From NCBI GenBank assembly GCA_038065475.1, contig JBBTQY010000010.1, positions 3,531 through 67,530 of the forward strand: a stretch of DNA of 64,000 nucleotides, read 5' to 3'. This DNA comes from Patescibacteria group bacterium. GTDB taxonomy: Bacteria > Patescibacteriota > Minisyncoccia > Ryanbacterales > GWA2-47-10b. Position numbers and translations under genes: made by a program. This document shows positions 37,545-46,761 of this stretch, in pieces. Below the pieces are notes generated by a model. That model searched no databases. It was not told the DNA's origin and saw only the letters and a program-made list of their open reading frames with translations. Position 1 is the first letter of the stretch. The number at the start of each line of letters is the position of its first letter.

Positions 37545-38095
37545 TGAAAACACGAGGATTCAGTCTTATCGAGATTATTGTCGCAACGGGCGTTTTTACC
37601 GTTGTTGCAATGCTCACGGTAGGTTCACTTTTTATTTTGACATCAGCAGAGAAGCGCGTAGCGAGTATTCAAGCCAACCAAGACAATGTTCGTTTTTCTA
37701 TGATCGAGATGACTCGTGAGATACGAAACGGCGCGCATTATGCGATATGTAGTGGGGGTACCTTCGGTGATTGTTTTCGCCTGAGAAATGCAGATGGAGT
37801 TGAGGTTGATTATAAGATAAGTAGTGATCCGGCAACGGATTGCTCTATTGGTGCTGTCAATAATTGTGTTTTGCGTGCTGTCGGAGGGGGGGCTTTCAAT
37901 CCAATTACCGGCTCTGATGTAAAGATCGAGAGGCTAAATTTTTATCTCAAGGGCGCGGATGGCCTTTTCCCAGATGAGAATGTTCAGGCAAGGGTGACGA
38001 TTGTGTTGCAGGGCATTGCACAGGAAGGAACACCCAATCAAACTGAGATTGATATCCAAACTACTATTTCTATGCTTCAAATAGATACACTCTGA
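37544..38095 (+). CDS. minor pilin/pseudopilin
   Basis: Leader MKTRG|FSLIEIIVA. Confidence 0.7.
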   Translation: MKTRGFSLIEIIVATGVFTVVAMLTVGSLFILTSAEKRVASIQANQDNVRFSMIEMTREIRNGAHYAICSGGTFGDCFRLRNADGVEVDYKISSDPATDCSIGAVNNCVLRAVGGGAFNPITGSDVKIERLNFYLKGADGLFPDENVQARVTIVLQGIAQEGTPNQTEIDIQTTISMLQIDTL

Positions 38096-38730
38096 TGAAT
38101 ATTTTTCATACTACACGAGAGCAAAAAGGAGTCACTCTGCTGTTGGCGGTACTCTTTTTGACGGCGGGTCTTTCTATATCGCTCGGCATTTTTTACATTG
38201 TATTTGTGCAGTTGCAAATTAACCGCGCCGCACGCGATTCTCATGTGGCATTTTATGCAGCCGATACCATGAAAGAATGTGCGGCTTATTATCGCGAGTA
38301 CGCTGGATACATTGATGTACCAAGCGATACTGATGAATCACCCTATTTTAGGGGCTTTTGGTCTCCGAGGTATCCATGTGGGGATGCTGATGGCGATGGT
38401 AGTGATTGTGCCGTCAACATAAATGCACCTATGTGCAATGGTTTTCGTGTGCTTCGTCAAAGTGACAGCGCCGAGGGCGTTGATTATGAGGCAGGTACTT
38501 TTGATGATCCGCTCGATCCCCATATATTTAAATTCAAGCTCGACTCGCAGGGAGGACTTTGTGCCAATGCGCGCATTGAAGTACTTGAAAGTGTAAACGG
38601 AGTCACTGGTGAATATGATGCTCGTATCATTACCGAAGTTGATGGCTTGAGTTCATGTAATCCTACCCAGTTTCGTATCAACCAGTCATTTGATGAATGT
38701 ATTACTCACGTCAGTGGAGGCTGTCAATGA
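38095..38730 (+). CDS. PilX-like pilus-associated bitopic protein
   Basis: N-terminal TM helix; Cys-rich periplasmic region; last gene of the minor-pilin block. Confidence 0.45.
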   Translation: MNIFHTTREQKGVTLLLAVLFLTAGLSISLGIFYIVFVQLQINRAARDSHVAFYAADTMKECAAYYREYAGYIDVPSDTDESPYFRGFWSPRYPCGDADGDGSDCAVNINAPMCNGFRVLRQSDSAEGVDYEAGTFDDPLDPHIFKFKLDSQGGLCANARIEVLESVNGVTGEYDARIITEVDGLSSCNPTQFRINQSFDECITHVSGGCQ

Positions 38731-40769
38731 TTTCTCATGATATTCGTGATCGCGCAAAAAAACTGCGGCAGCTGATCAATACCTACCGGTACCAGTACCA
38801 CGTAGAAAATCGGCTTGAGATTTCCGAAGAAGCGCTTGACTCACTCAAACACGAACTCTTTTTGCTCGAACAAAAATACCCCGAGCTTATTACCCCCGAT
38901 TCACCAACCCAGCGAGTAGAAGGTAAGGCATCTGAAAAATTTAAAAAAGTTACACACCGTGAGCGCATGCTCTCACTCGAAGATGCGTTTTCTGAAGACG
39001 ACATGCAGGCATGGGAGGCACGGCTCGAAAAATTTTCCGGCAGGCATGATTTTCATTATTTTGCCGAACTCAAGCTTGACGGTTTGGCGCTCTCGCTTGT
39101 CTACAAAGACGGCGTGCTTGCCGCAGGCGCTACGCGCGGCGACGGTGCGGTGGGCGAAGATATTACAAAAAATATCAAAACAATCGAATCAATTCCATTG
39201 CAGCTTGAGCTCTTTGGTAAAAGTTCGCATGTGTTTTCCAGAAAAATACTCAAGCTACACGAGATCGAGATTCGTGGCGAGGCGTTGATCTCCAAAAAAG
39301 GTCTCGAGCGTATCAATAAAGAACAAGAGAAAAAGGGCGCCAAACCGTATGCTAACTCACGTAATCTAGCGGCTGGTTCTTTGCGTCAGCTCGATCCGCG
39401 CATGGTAGCAGCACGCAAACTCGAGTTTGTGGCGTATGATATTGTGCTTTCAAAGAAAGATCGCGATGCGCTCGGTATCACTACGCACCATGAAGAGCAT
39501 CAAATTCTCAAAGACCTCGGTTTTAAGACAGATCCTTATGCGAAGGCATGCCCAGATCTCAAGCATGTCTTTGGATTTCATAAACATATCATTGACGGAC
39601 GTGAAGCATTTCCGTACGAAATTGATGGTGTTGTTGTGCAAGTTAACGAGTCTGATATTTTTGAGCGGCTCGGTGTGATCGGAAAAACACCACGCGGTGC
39701 TGTTGCCTATAAGTTTGCGCCCCAAGAGGCTGTCACACGCATTGAAGATATTGTTATCCAGGTCGGGCGCACGGGGGCGCTTACGCCGGTAGCACACTTG
39801 GAGCCCGTTAATGTGGGTGGGGTGACTGTTTCGCGTGCGACACTTCATAATGAAGATGAAATCAGGCGGCTCGGTGTGAAGATCGGTGATTCGGTAATTG
39901 TGGGTCGCGCGGGCGACGTGATTCCTGACGTGCGTCGTGTGCTCACCGAGCTTCGCACGGGCAAAGAAAAAAACTTTCGTATGCCGACAAAGTGCCCTGT
40001 GTGCGGTACCAAGATTGAAAAAGATGAGGAGGGCGTGATCGCGCGATGCCCCAATATTTCGTGCCCATCACGCACACGTGAGCGCATGTATTATTTCGCA
40101 GGCAAAAACGCATTTGATATCGACGGCCTCGGCCCCAAAATTATTGATGCGCTCTTTGATGAAGGCTTGATACAAGATGCGGCTGATCTTTTTGATCTGC
40201 GTGAGGGCGATATCGCGATGCTGGATCGATTTGGCGAGAAGTCTGCGGCAAATCTTATTGCTGCCATCAAAAAAGCAAAACGCATCACCCTGCCGCGATT
40301 TTTGGTTGCACTCTCAATCTTGCACGTAGGTGAGGAGACGGCGATTGATTTGGCCGAACACTTCGGCTCGTTGGGTGCGATTGCGGAGGCCTCCTACGAT
40401 GATATTATTGCTATTAAAAATATTGGCGAGGTGGTAGCAGAGAGTATTGTTGAGTATTTTAAAAATACATATAATAAACGTTTTATTGAACGCCTCAAGA
40501 GCGCGGGCATCGAGGTCTTGCGTACACAAAAGAAAAAACCCGGCAAATTTACCGGTCTTTCATTTGTATTTACGGGTGAGCTCGAATCAATGTCGCGCGA
40601 TGAAGCAAAAGCACTTGTGCGCGAGCTCGGAGGTGACCCGTCAGAGACGGTATCGCGCAAAACGAGTTTCGTGGTGGCAGGCGCCTCACCGGGATCAAAG
40701 CATGATAAAGCACTAAAGCTTGGTGTGACAGTTTTGACCGAACAGGAGTTTTTGAAAAAGGCGCGTTAG
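38727..40769 (+). CDS. ligA: NAD-dependent DNA ligase
   Basis: KxDG adenylation motif (ELKLDG), OB fold, Zn finger, HhH and C-terminal BRCT domains. Confidence 0.92.
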   Translation: MISHDIRDRAKKLRQLINTYRYQYHVENRLEISEEALDSLKHELFLLEQKYPELITPDSPTQRVEGKASEKFKKVTHRERMLSLEDAFSEDDMQAWEARLEKFSGRHDFHYFAELKLDGLALSLVYKDGVLAAGATRGDGAVGEDITKNIKTIESIPLQLELFGKSSHVFSRKILKLHEIEIRGEALISKKGLERINKEQEKKGAKPYANSRNLAAGSLRQLDPRMVAARKLEFVAYDIVLSKKDRDALGITTHHEEHQILKDLGFKTDPYAKACPDLKHVFGFHKHIIDGREAFPYEIDGVVVQVNESDIFERLGVIGKTPRGAVAYKFAPQEAVTRIEDIVIQVGRTGALTPVAHLEPVNVGGVTVSRATLHNEDEIRRLGVKIGDSVIVGRAGDVIPDVRRVLTELRTGKEKNFRMPTKCPVCGTKIEKDEEGVIARCPNISCPSRTRERMYYFAGKNAFDIDGLGPKIIDALFDEGLIQDAADLFDLREGDIAMLDRFGEKSAANLIAAIKKAKRITLPRFLVALSILHVGEETAIDLAEHFGSLGAIAEASYDDIIAIKNIGEVVAESIVEYFKNTYNKRFIERLKSAGIEVLRTQKKKPGKFTGLSFVFTGELESMSRDEAKALVRELGGDPSETVSRKTSFVVAGASPGSKHDKALKLGVTVLTEQEFLKKAR

Positions 40770-40787
40770 TCTGCTAGGCTTCTTTAT

Positions 40788-41081
40788 ATGATTACGCCAG
40801 AAGAAGTTAAAAAGCTTTTTGCGCTCGCACGCGTGGAGGCGACTCCCGAAGAGCTCGAGCGTTTACCGAAAGAAATTTCGGATATTTTGGCGTATATCGA
40901 TAAACTCAAATCAGCACCTTTGGGCGAGCTCCCACCAACGCTTTCATTTGCGCCAACGCTCAAAGAGTTGCGTTTTGATGAGATAGTATCGCAAGATGCT
41001 GTTGATGTTGAGAGTCTTAAAAAACAGTTTCCTGAAATCTCGGGCGATTATCTGAAAACCAAAAAAGTGTTTGGAGAATAA
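40788..41081 (+). CDS. gatC: Asp/Glu-tRNA amidotransferase subunit C
   Basis: 97 aa; GatC-like; immediately precedes gatA. Confidence 0.8.
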   Translation: MITPEEVKKLFALARVEATPEELERLPKEISDILAYIDKLKSAPLGELPPTLSFAPTLKELRFDEIVSQDAVDVESLKKQFPEISGDYLKTKKVFGE

Positions 41082-41082
41082 T

Positions 41083-42486
41083 ATGGCCTCTCAGATCCGT
41101 ATTCTTCATGACGCATTTACGTCAAAACAAAAATCAGTCAGCGAACACGTGGGGGAGTCACTCGCGTGTATTCGTGAGCGCGATGGTGAGCTCCACGCGT
41201 TTCTCGATGTGCATATTGCCAGTGCCGAGCGCGAAGCAGCGCGCATTGATGCCAAGATTGCTTCTGGCGAGAAGCTCGGTGAGCTCGAAGGCATTGGCAT
41301 TGCGCTCAAGGATAATATTTTGGTAAAGGGTACGCGTACCACGGCCGCGTCACAAATCCTCAAATCATACATTGCCTCATACGACGCCTTTGTTGTCGAG
41401 CGTTTGCGCGACGCGGGCGCGGTGATTATTGGCAAGACTAACCTTGATGAGTTTGCTATGGGCGGTTCTACTGAAAACTCGGCTTTTGGTCCGAGCAAAA
41501 ATCCGCATGATACTTCGCGCGCTCCCGGCGGCTCTTCGGGTGGTTCGGCAGTTGCTGTTGCCTCTGGAATGGCGCCGCTCGCACTTGGCTCTGATACGGG
41601 CGGATCAATCCGCCAGCCTGCATCATTTTGCGGAGTGGTGGGATTTAAGCCGAGCTATGGTCGTGTGTCGCGCTCAGGGCTTATTGCTATGGCATCAAGT
41701 CTTGATCAGATTGGCCCATTTGCAACATCAGTAGAAGACGCAGAAGTTTTGTTTCGTGCGATTGAAGGCAAAGACCCACTCGACATGACTTCGCAAGAAA
41801 TTAACGAAGAAGTGCGCGACAAAAAGGAATACGTGCTGGGTGTACCCGAAGATTTTATGAAAGATGGCCTTGACCCGAAAACCGAGAAAGTGATCAGAGA
41901 TTCATTTAAAAAAGCTGAGGGTGCTCATTTTAAATTTGTACCCGTCTCGCTCAAAGATTTGTCCTATGCGCTTGCGTGTTATTACATCATCATGCCGGCG
42001 GAGGTGTCGAGTAACCTCGCGCGCTTTGATGGCATACGATACGGAGACCGCGCCGAGGCAAAAACTCTTTTTGAAGTATATGGCAAAACCAAGGCCGCAG
42101 GTTTTGGTCCGGAGGTTAAGCGACGCATTGCTATCGGTACCTATGTACTCTCGCACGGCTACTATGATGCATACTATTTGCAGGCGCAACGGGTGCGTAC
42201 ATTGATTTCAAAAGCTTTCAATGACGCATTCCGTACGGTCGATGCTATTGCTATGCCAACGACGCCATCAGTAGCATTTAAGCTTGGCGAGAAATCGTCA
42301 GATCCACTTTCTATGTATTTGGAAGACATCTATACGGTACCCGCAAACTTGGCGGGGCTCCCCGCGCTCTCGTTGCCGGTGGGTATGAGTGACAATCTGC
42401 CCGTAGGATTGCAGTTGGTTGGCAAGCGTTTTGCCGACTACGAGTTGCTCGCAATCGCCAAGCGATTTGAAGAGGTGATTGCCTGA
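41083..42486 (+). CDS. gatA: Asp/Glu-tRNA amidotransferase subunit A
   Basis: Amidase signature GGSSGGSA and a Ser-cisSer-Lys triad region. Confidence 0.92.
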   Translation: MASQIRILHDAFTSKQKSVSEHVGESLACIRERDGELHAFLDVHIASAEREAARIDAKIASGEKLGELEGIGIALKDNILVKGTRTTAASQILKSYIASYDAFVVERLRDAGAVIIGKTNLDEFAMGGSTENSAFGPSKNPHDTSRAPGGSSGGSAVAVASGMAPLALGSDTGGSIRQPASFCGVVGFKPSYGRVSRSGLIAMASSLDQIGPFATSVEDAEVLFRAIEGKDPLDMTSQEINEEVRDKKEYVLGVPEDFMKDGLDPKTEKVIRDSFKKAEGAHFKFVPVSLKDLSYALACYYIIMPAEVSSNLARFDGIRYGDRAEAKTLFEVYGKTKAAGFGPEVKRRIAIGTYVLSHGYYDAYYLQAQRVRTLISKAFNDAFRTVDAIAMPTTPSVAFKLGEKSSDPLSMYLEDIYTVPANLAGLPALSLPVGMSDNLPVGLQLVGKRFADYELLAIAKRFEEVIA

Positions 42487-42512
42487 TCACATTTTTTCGC
42501 ATATACTACATG

Positions 42513-42586
42513 CGCGGGGTGGAGCAGCCTGGTAGCTCGACGGGCTCATAACCCGTAGGTCGCTGGTTCAAATCCAGCCCCCGCAA
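42513..42586 (+). tRNA. initiator tRNA-fMet (anticodon CAU)
   Basis: C1:A72 mismatch, three G-C pairs in the anticodon stem, GGGCTCATAACCC. Confidence 0.85.
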
Positions 42587-42716
42587 CAATTTTGCTGTCT
42601 TCGTTGTGTTTTGAATGAAGGCAAAGTTGTTGCGAGGCTCGTCTCGCTCCAACAGGGGCGGACGGCCCGCAACACAAAAACTCCTTAAAAAGGGAGTTTT
42701 TTGTTATCTTAAAAAT

Positions 42717-42962
42717 ATGTATTATATTTACATTCTTTTGTCCGAAAAAGATGGCAGAACATATGTGGGATATACGAGTGATCTCAAAGAACGACTTAAA
42801 TCACATAATGAAGGACGAGTAACTGCCACTAAGCATCGAAGACCACTTAAGATATTTTATACAGAAGAATTTGGAACTATAGCTAAAGCAAAAAATCGAG
42901 AGCTCTGGTGGAAAAGTAGTAGCGGTAGGAAAAAGCTAAAAAATCTATTTATGAAAAATTGA
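42717..42962 (+). CDS. stand-alone GIY-YIG nuclease (UPF0213/YhbQ-like)
   Basis: YYIYILLSEKDGRTYVGYTSDLKERLKSHN. Confidence 0.7.
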   Translation: MYYIYILLSEKDGRTYVGYTSDLKERLKSHNEGRVTATKHRRPLKIFYTEEFGTIAKAKNRELWWKSSSGRKKLKNLFMKN

Positions 42963-43084
42963 CAAAATACTAACTTATGTTAGTATTTTTTTTAGTTTGT
43001 ACGTAACATTAATGACATCCAATAACCACAAAGCCCTCCTTGGATTCTGCTAAAAATGAGCAGACAGGGAGTACGGGAGGAGTT

Positions 43085-43456
43085 GTGAAGATTTTAGCAT
43101 TCGTGCTCGGGCTCTCGATCGTTCTCGGTTCTTGTGGGGTATGGACCCACGGCGTGGTGACCAATACCACAGGAGATGGATACGAGCCTCGTTCTACGCT
43201 CACATCCACTCTGCTGGGTTACAAGCGCGGCGCTTCCTGTGAGATGGATTTCGATGACAGGGGACGCCGAGAGTGGCAGTGTCCATTTTTCTCCAACGTG
43301 TCTCATTCGTCTACGCCATCTCCGTTGGCCGCGTTTTTCGTGAAGTTCATGTTCTGGCCCCTGGAGATGATGATCGGATTTCTTCTCATGCTGTGGGCGG
43401 CTGTTTCTCGAGACCGAGAAGTGACGAGCGAAACCCCGGGGGTTTCGAGAACCTAG
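43085..43456 (+). CDS. putative lipoprotein (GC-rich island 4)
   Basis: GTG start after a GGGAGGAG RBS; lipobox LGSCG; C-terminal hydrophobic helix. Confidence 0.4.
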   Translation: MKILAFVLGLSIVLGSCGVWTHGVVTNTTGDGYEPRSTLTSTLLGYKRGASCEMDFDDRGRREWQCPFFSNVSHSSTPSPLAAFFVKFMFWPLEMMIGFLLMLWAAVSRDREVTSETPGVSRT

Positions 43457-43526
43457 AAGGTTCTGGGCAGGTGGACGATCGCCTTTTGTAAAGTATCGTC
43501 CAAAAAAACAAAGGAGAGATGACGCC

Positions 43527-44210
43527 ATGGCAAGAACCATGACCCCATCCCCGATGACCGATGGCCAGATCGATAAGGCAGCAGAGCTTTACCGGGCGAT
43601 GTTCGCTCGGTATCATCGTGAGTTTCCCACCGATCTGATGCAGCGTGTACTCGCTCAGCCGGATCTCATGCGGGAGGTGGCGGACGTCTTCCGTCGCCGC
43701 GTCGGTCTCGAGCGCGGGTACATCATCTTCCGCGTGTGGGTAGAGCCCCATGATTCACTCGTAGAAGGCTTCGCAATTCCCAAGCACGACCACGAGATCA
43801 ATCGCAACCTCGTGAAGACCATGTCACAGGGCAGCAGGGCAGGCATGAAGGAGCTCTATCTTTTTCAGCCTCCTTCCGAGATGTACAGCAATCAGGGTTT
43901 GATCAGCGACGCGGGTGTCGCGGAGGCGTACCAGCTTCGGAGCTTGAAGCCGGTCGATCCGTTTGTGCACGCAGCACTTCTCAAGAGTCGTCCCACCCTT
44001 GCCAATGACTTCCCGACCGTCACCCATTGGCAAGACGAAGACGGTTTCTGGTGCTACTCCGAAAGCGACCTGTCTGGGTGGCACGGGCGGTACTTGTTTA
44101 CCGTCAAGTGCACGATGGATGGTCTCGATGACGAAGCCGATCCCCGTAGGTACCGTACCCGCGGTCGATACTATGGTCGGGAGATCTGGTTCGTGGGTGT
44201 GGAGGAGTAG
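43527..44210 (+). CDS. hypothetical protein (GC-rich island 4)
   Basis: 227 aa; an RBS (aaaggagag) precedes the start and a strong terminator follows it. Confidence 0.55.
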   Translation: MARTMTPSPMTDGQIDKAAELYRAMFARYHREFPTDLMQRVLAQPDLMREVADVFRRRVGLERGYIIFRVWVEPHDSLVEGFAIPKHDHEINRNLVKTMSQGSRAGMKELYLFQPPSEMYSNQGLISDAGVAEAYQLRSLKPVDPFVHAALLKSRPTLANDFPTVTHWQDEDGFWCYSESDLSGWHGRYLFTVKCTMDGLDDEADPRRYRTRGRYYGREIWFVGVEE

Positions 44211-44239
44211 AGAGGCTCGCCCGAATAGCCTCGACGGGA

Positions 44240-44274
44240 GCCCCGGCGCGATTCGCGCCGGGGCATTTTATTTT
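44240..44274 (+). terminator. rho-independent terminator (11-bp G-C stem followed by T-rich attttatttt)
   Basis: gccccggcgcg-att-cgcgccggggc. Confidence 0.75.
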
Positions 44275-44316
44275 CTTAAAAAGAAAAAACCGCGCGTTGC
44301 ATGGTGCAGCGGCGGT
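44271..44316 (-). repeat. A-rich box plus hairpin element, copy A (terminator-like on the minus strand)
   Basis: Shares ttct(t/c)aaaaa(a)gaaaaaaccgc and a similar hairpin with 45006..45051. Confidence 0.5.
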
Positions 44317-44567
44317 CAGGGTTTGCGAGCTTTGGCGATTACTTCGTAGACTCTGGCAATGGCGAGTGGTAGGCCAGGCGCGGCGCTCGATGCGCCTCCC
44401 GAGGTTGAGATACGTACCGCGTGCCAGGACTTTTGACCTTCTTGTACCACCGAGACATACCAGTCGCCATTCTCGCCTTGAAAGATGACGAGCTCGTAGC
44501 GCTCGTGCGGCGGGTAGTCGCGATCATCGGTCAGGTAGCGAGCTTCTTCGCGTAGTGCCATGCGCAT
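44316..44567 (-). CDS. hypothetical protein (83 aa, GC-rich island 4)
   Basis: ORF abutted by the terminator-like element. Confidence 0.4.
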   Translation of the reverse strand: MRMALREEARYLTDDRDYPPHERYELVIFQGENGDWYVSVVQEGQKSWHAVRISTSGGASSAAPGLPLAIARVYEVIAKARKP

Positions 44568-44573
44568 GTTTCC

Positions 44574-44945
44574 TTATTGTGTTGAGTGCTGACGTTTGAG
44601 CCTTTCGGCGAAGTATGGGGGGATGATTGTCTCGTCGACAGGTTGATGGAGAAATGCGTGACGATCAGCTTCTGTCGCAATGCCATTTGCGTGGAGTATC
44701 TTGTGCTCGTTGGCGAGCCAGAGAAGTCGCAAGGGCTGCTCTATCCAGGTTGCAGGTAGAGAAGATTCGGTTACCGCCTGTTCAAGGTTGCGTCCTTCTG
44801 CTACCGAAAGTAGTCCCCACTGAATGGCGTTCTGGATGACTTCGATTCCATTTCGTATAGAAATAAATTCAGGCCCTATCCGCCCGTCATCCATCACGAT
44901 TCTGCCGTGTTTACCGCACTCGGCGCATATCTCAAGTTGTGCCAT
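44574..44945 (-). CDS. hypothetical protein with N-terminal CxxC (123 aa, GC-rich island 4)
   Basis: No family recognised. Confidence 0.4.
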   Translation of the reverse strand: MAQLEICAECGKHGRIVMDDGRIGPEFISIRNGIEVIQNAIQWGLLSVAEGRNLEQAVTESSLPATWIEQPLRLLWLANEHKILHANGIATEADRHAFLHQPVDETIIPPYFAERLKRQHSTQ

Positions 44946-45005
44946 AGGTATACCCTCCCGCTTGTTCCGTTTTTATTTAAGCAAGGCGGGCCTGTATTGG
45001 CAATA

Positions 45006-45051
45006 TTTCTCAAAAAAGAAAAAACCGCTCACTGCGTGATGCAGTGGCGGT
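45006..45051 (-). repeat. A-rich box plus hairpin element, copy B
   Basis: See copy A. Confidence 0.5.
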
Positions 45052-45058
45052 TGGGGGG

Positions 45059-45472
45059 TTAGCGTCCGAAGCGTTCGTGCACCTCGATGTCGACGAAGTG
45101 AAGCACTTCTTTCTTGCCAGCGCGCGGTGCTTCTCCGACGAATGCGCCCGCGACAACGTTGCGGTAGAAGCAGCTTTCGGCACCCGTGTGGCAGGCGCCT
45201 TCACCTCGCTGTTGCACCAGGTAGATGACGGCATCACCGTCGCAATCGACGAGCACGCCCACGACTTCTTGGGTGTTGTCGCTTGTTTCGCCTTTCATCC
45301 AGCGCTCTTTTCGCGAGGTCGAGTAGTACACTGCCTTGCCGATACGCAGTGTCTCCTCGAATCCCGCAGGATCCGTGGATGCCACCATCAGGATCTGGCC
45401 GGTACTCGCTTCTTGCGCCACGACGGTGACGAGGCCGTCCCGCTTCTCGAAGTTCGGATATAGTACCTGCAT
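45059..45472 (-). CDS. hisI: phosphoribosyl-AMP cyclohydrolase-like protein (HisI/PRA-CH domain)
   Basis: Motifs GETSDNTQEVVGVLVDCDGDAV...GEGACHTGAESCFY; stand-alone and GC-rich. Confidence 0.7.
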   Translation of the reverse strand: MQVLYPNFEKRDGLVTVVAQEASTGQILMVASTDPAGFEETLRIGKAVYYSTSRKERWMKGETSDNTQEVVGVLVDCDGDAVIYLVQQRGEGACHTGAESCFYRNVVAGAFVGEAPRAGKKEVLHFVDIEVHERFGR

Positions 45473-45557
45473 GGGAACTCCTTTCCTTTGCTAATAGAGA
45501 TTCAAGCAAATTTAGAGGCGACCTGCAAATCTTTCTTATTTATATTACAGTAAGTAT

Positions 45558-46487
45558 ATGAGTTTTTCGGCAAAGCACATAATGCAAAAGCATATAGTGA
45601 TCGGCGCGAGTGTAGTTGCGCTACTTATGATCGCGGGCGCGTCATGGCAGTTTTATGTGTTGCATCAAAAAAATATTGAACTGTCCGGTACGTTGCGCAA
45701 GCTAACAGAGGATCAAGCAGCGACTGCAAAAAGCCTCTCAGAGACACTCGCACTGCTCGATAAAAATTTAACGCTGACAAAAACTGAGCAAGACAAACTT
45801 CGTGGCGTACTGACATCAGAGCAAGAACGCGCAAAAGTACAGCAGCAGCAGTTGGAAAATATTTCGGGCACGGTAGGCACCCTTGAAAAACTTACATATA
45901 CCGACGAAGAGCTTTTGCAAAAGTATTCAAAAATATATTTTCTCAATGAGCATTATATACCTGCAAATCTGAGCAAGATTCCCGCAGAGTTTACGCGCGA
46001 TCCAAAAATGGATTTTCAAATTCACTCCAGCGTTCTGCCGTTTTTAGAGAAGATAATGAAGGCAAATCCAAGTCCTGATTTTGATTTGCGGGTAAGCTCG
46101 GCTTACCGATCGTTTGGTACACAAGCAGGTCTTAAATCAAATTATGCGGTAGTGTATGGTGCGGGCACCGCAAATCAGTTTTCAGCAGATCAGGGATATT
46201 CAGAGCATCAGCTTGGCACAACGTTTGATTTTACCACGGTGCGTACGGGTACCGATTTGTCTGCATTTCAAGAAACTTCTGATTACCAATGGCTTTTGGA
46301 AAATGCTCACAAATACGGGTTTACGATGTCATATCCAGAAAACAACAGTTATTACCAATTTGAGCCGTGGCACTGGCGTTTTGTGGGCGTGAAGCTTGCG
46401 ACAGATCTCTATAATCAAAAAAAACATTTTTATGATCTCGAGCAGCGCGAGATCGATAAATATCTCGTCTCTATTTTTGACAAATAA
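45558..46487 (+). CDS. VanY-type D-Ala-D-Ala carboxypeptidase (peptidase M15B) with an N-terminal TM helix and coiled coil
   Basis: SAYRS...SEHQLGTTFD...EPWHWRFVG. Confidence 0.75.
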   Translation: MSFSAKHIMQKHIVIGASVVALLMIAGASWQFYVLHQKNIELSGTLRKLTEDQAATAKSLSETLALLDKNLTLTKTEQDKLRGVLTSEQERAKVQQQQLENISGTVGTLEKLTYTDEELLQKYSKIYFLNEHYIPANLSKIPAEFTRDPKMDFQIHSSVLPFLEKIMKANPSPDFDLRVSSAYRSFGTQAGLKSNYAVVYGAGTANQFSADQGYSEHQLGTTFDFTTVRTGTDLSAFQETSDYQWLLENAHKYGFTMSYPENNSYYQFEPWHWRFVGVKLATDLYNQKKHFYDLEQREIDKYLVSIFDK

Positions 46488-46489
46488 CA

Positions 46490-46738
46490 ATGTGGTTCGT
46501 CTATATCTTGCTTTGTCGCGACGGCAGCCTGTATACGGGCGTTACCAATAATCTGCCGCGAAGACTTAAAGATCACAAAGACGGCAAGGGAGGGAGCTAT
46601 ACGCGCTCGCATCCGCCCAAAAAGATAATTTTCTCGGAGCGCGCTCGCACAAGAGGTCAGGCGCAGGCCCGAGAAGCGGCGATAAAACGTTTGCCGCGAG
46701 CAAAAAAACTCCAACTTATCCGTTTTCATAAGTCATAA
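46490..46738 (+). CDS. stand-alone GIY-YIG nuclease (second copy)
   Basis: MWFVYILLCRDGSLYTGVTNNLPRRLKDH. Confidence 0.7.
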   Translation: MWFVYILLCRDGSLYTGVTNNLPRRLKDHKDGKGGSYTRSHPPKKIIFSERARTRGQAQAREAAIKRLPRAKKLQLIRFHKS

Positions 46739-46761
46739 AAGCTCTATACTGAAGCTATCTT

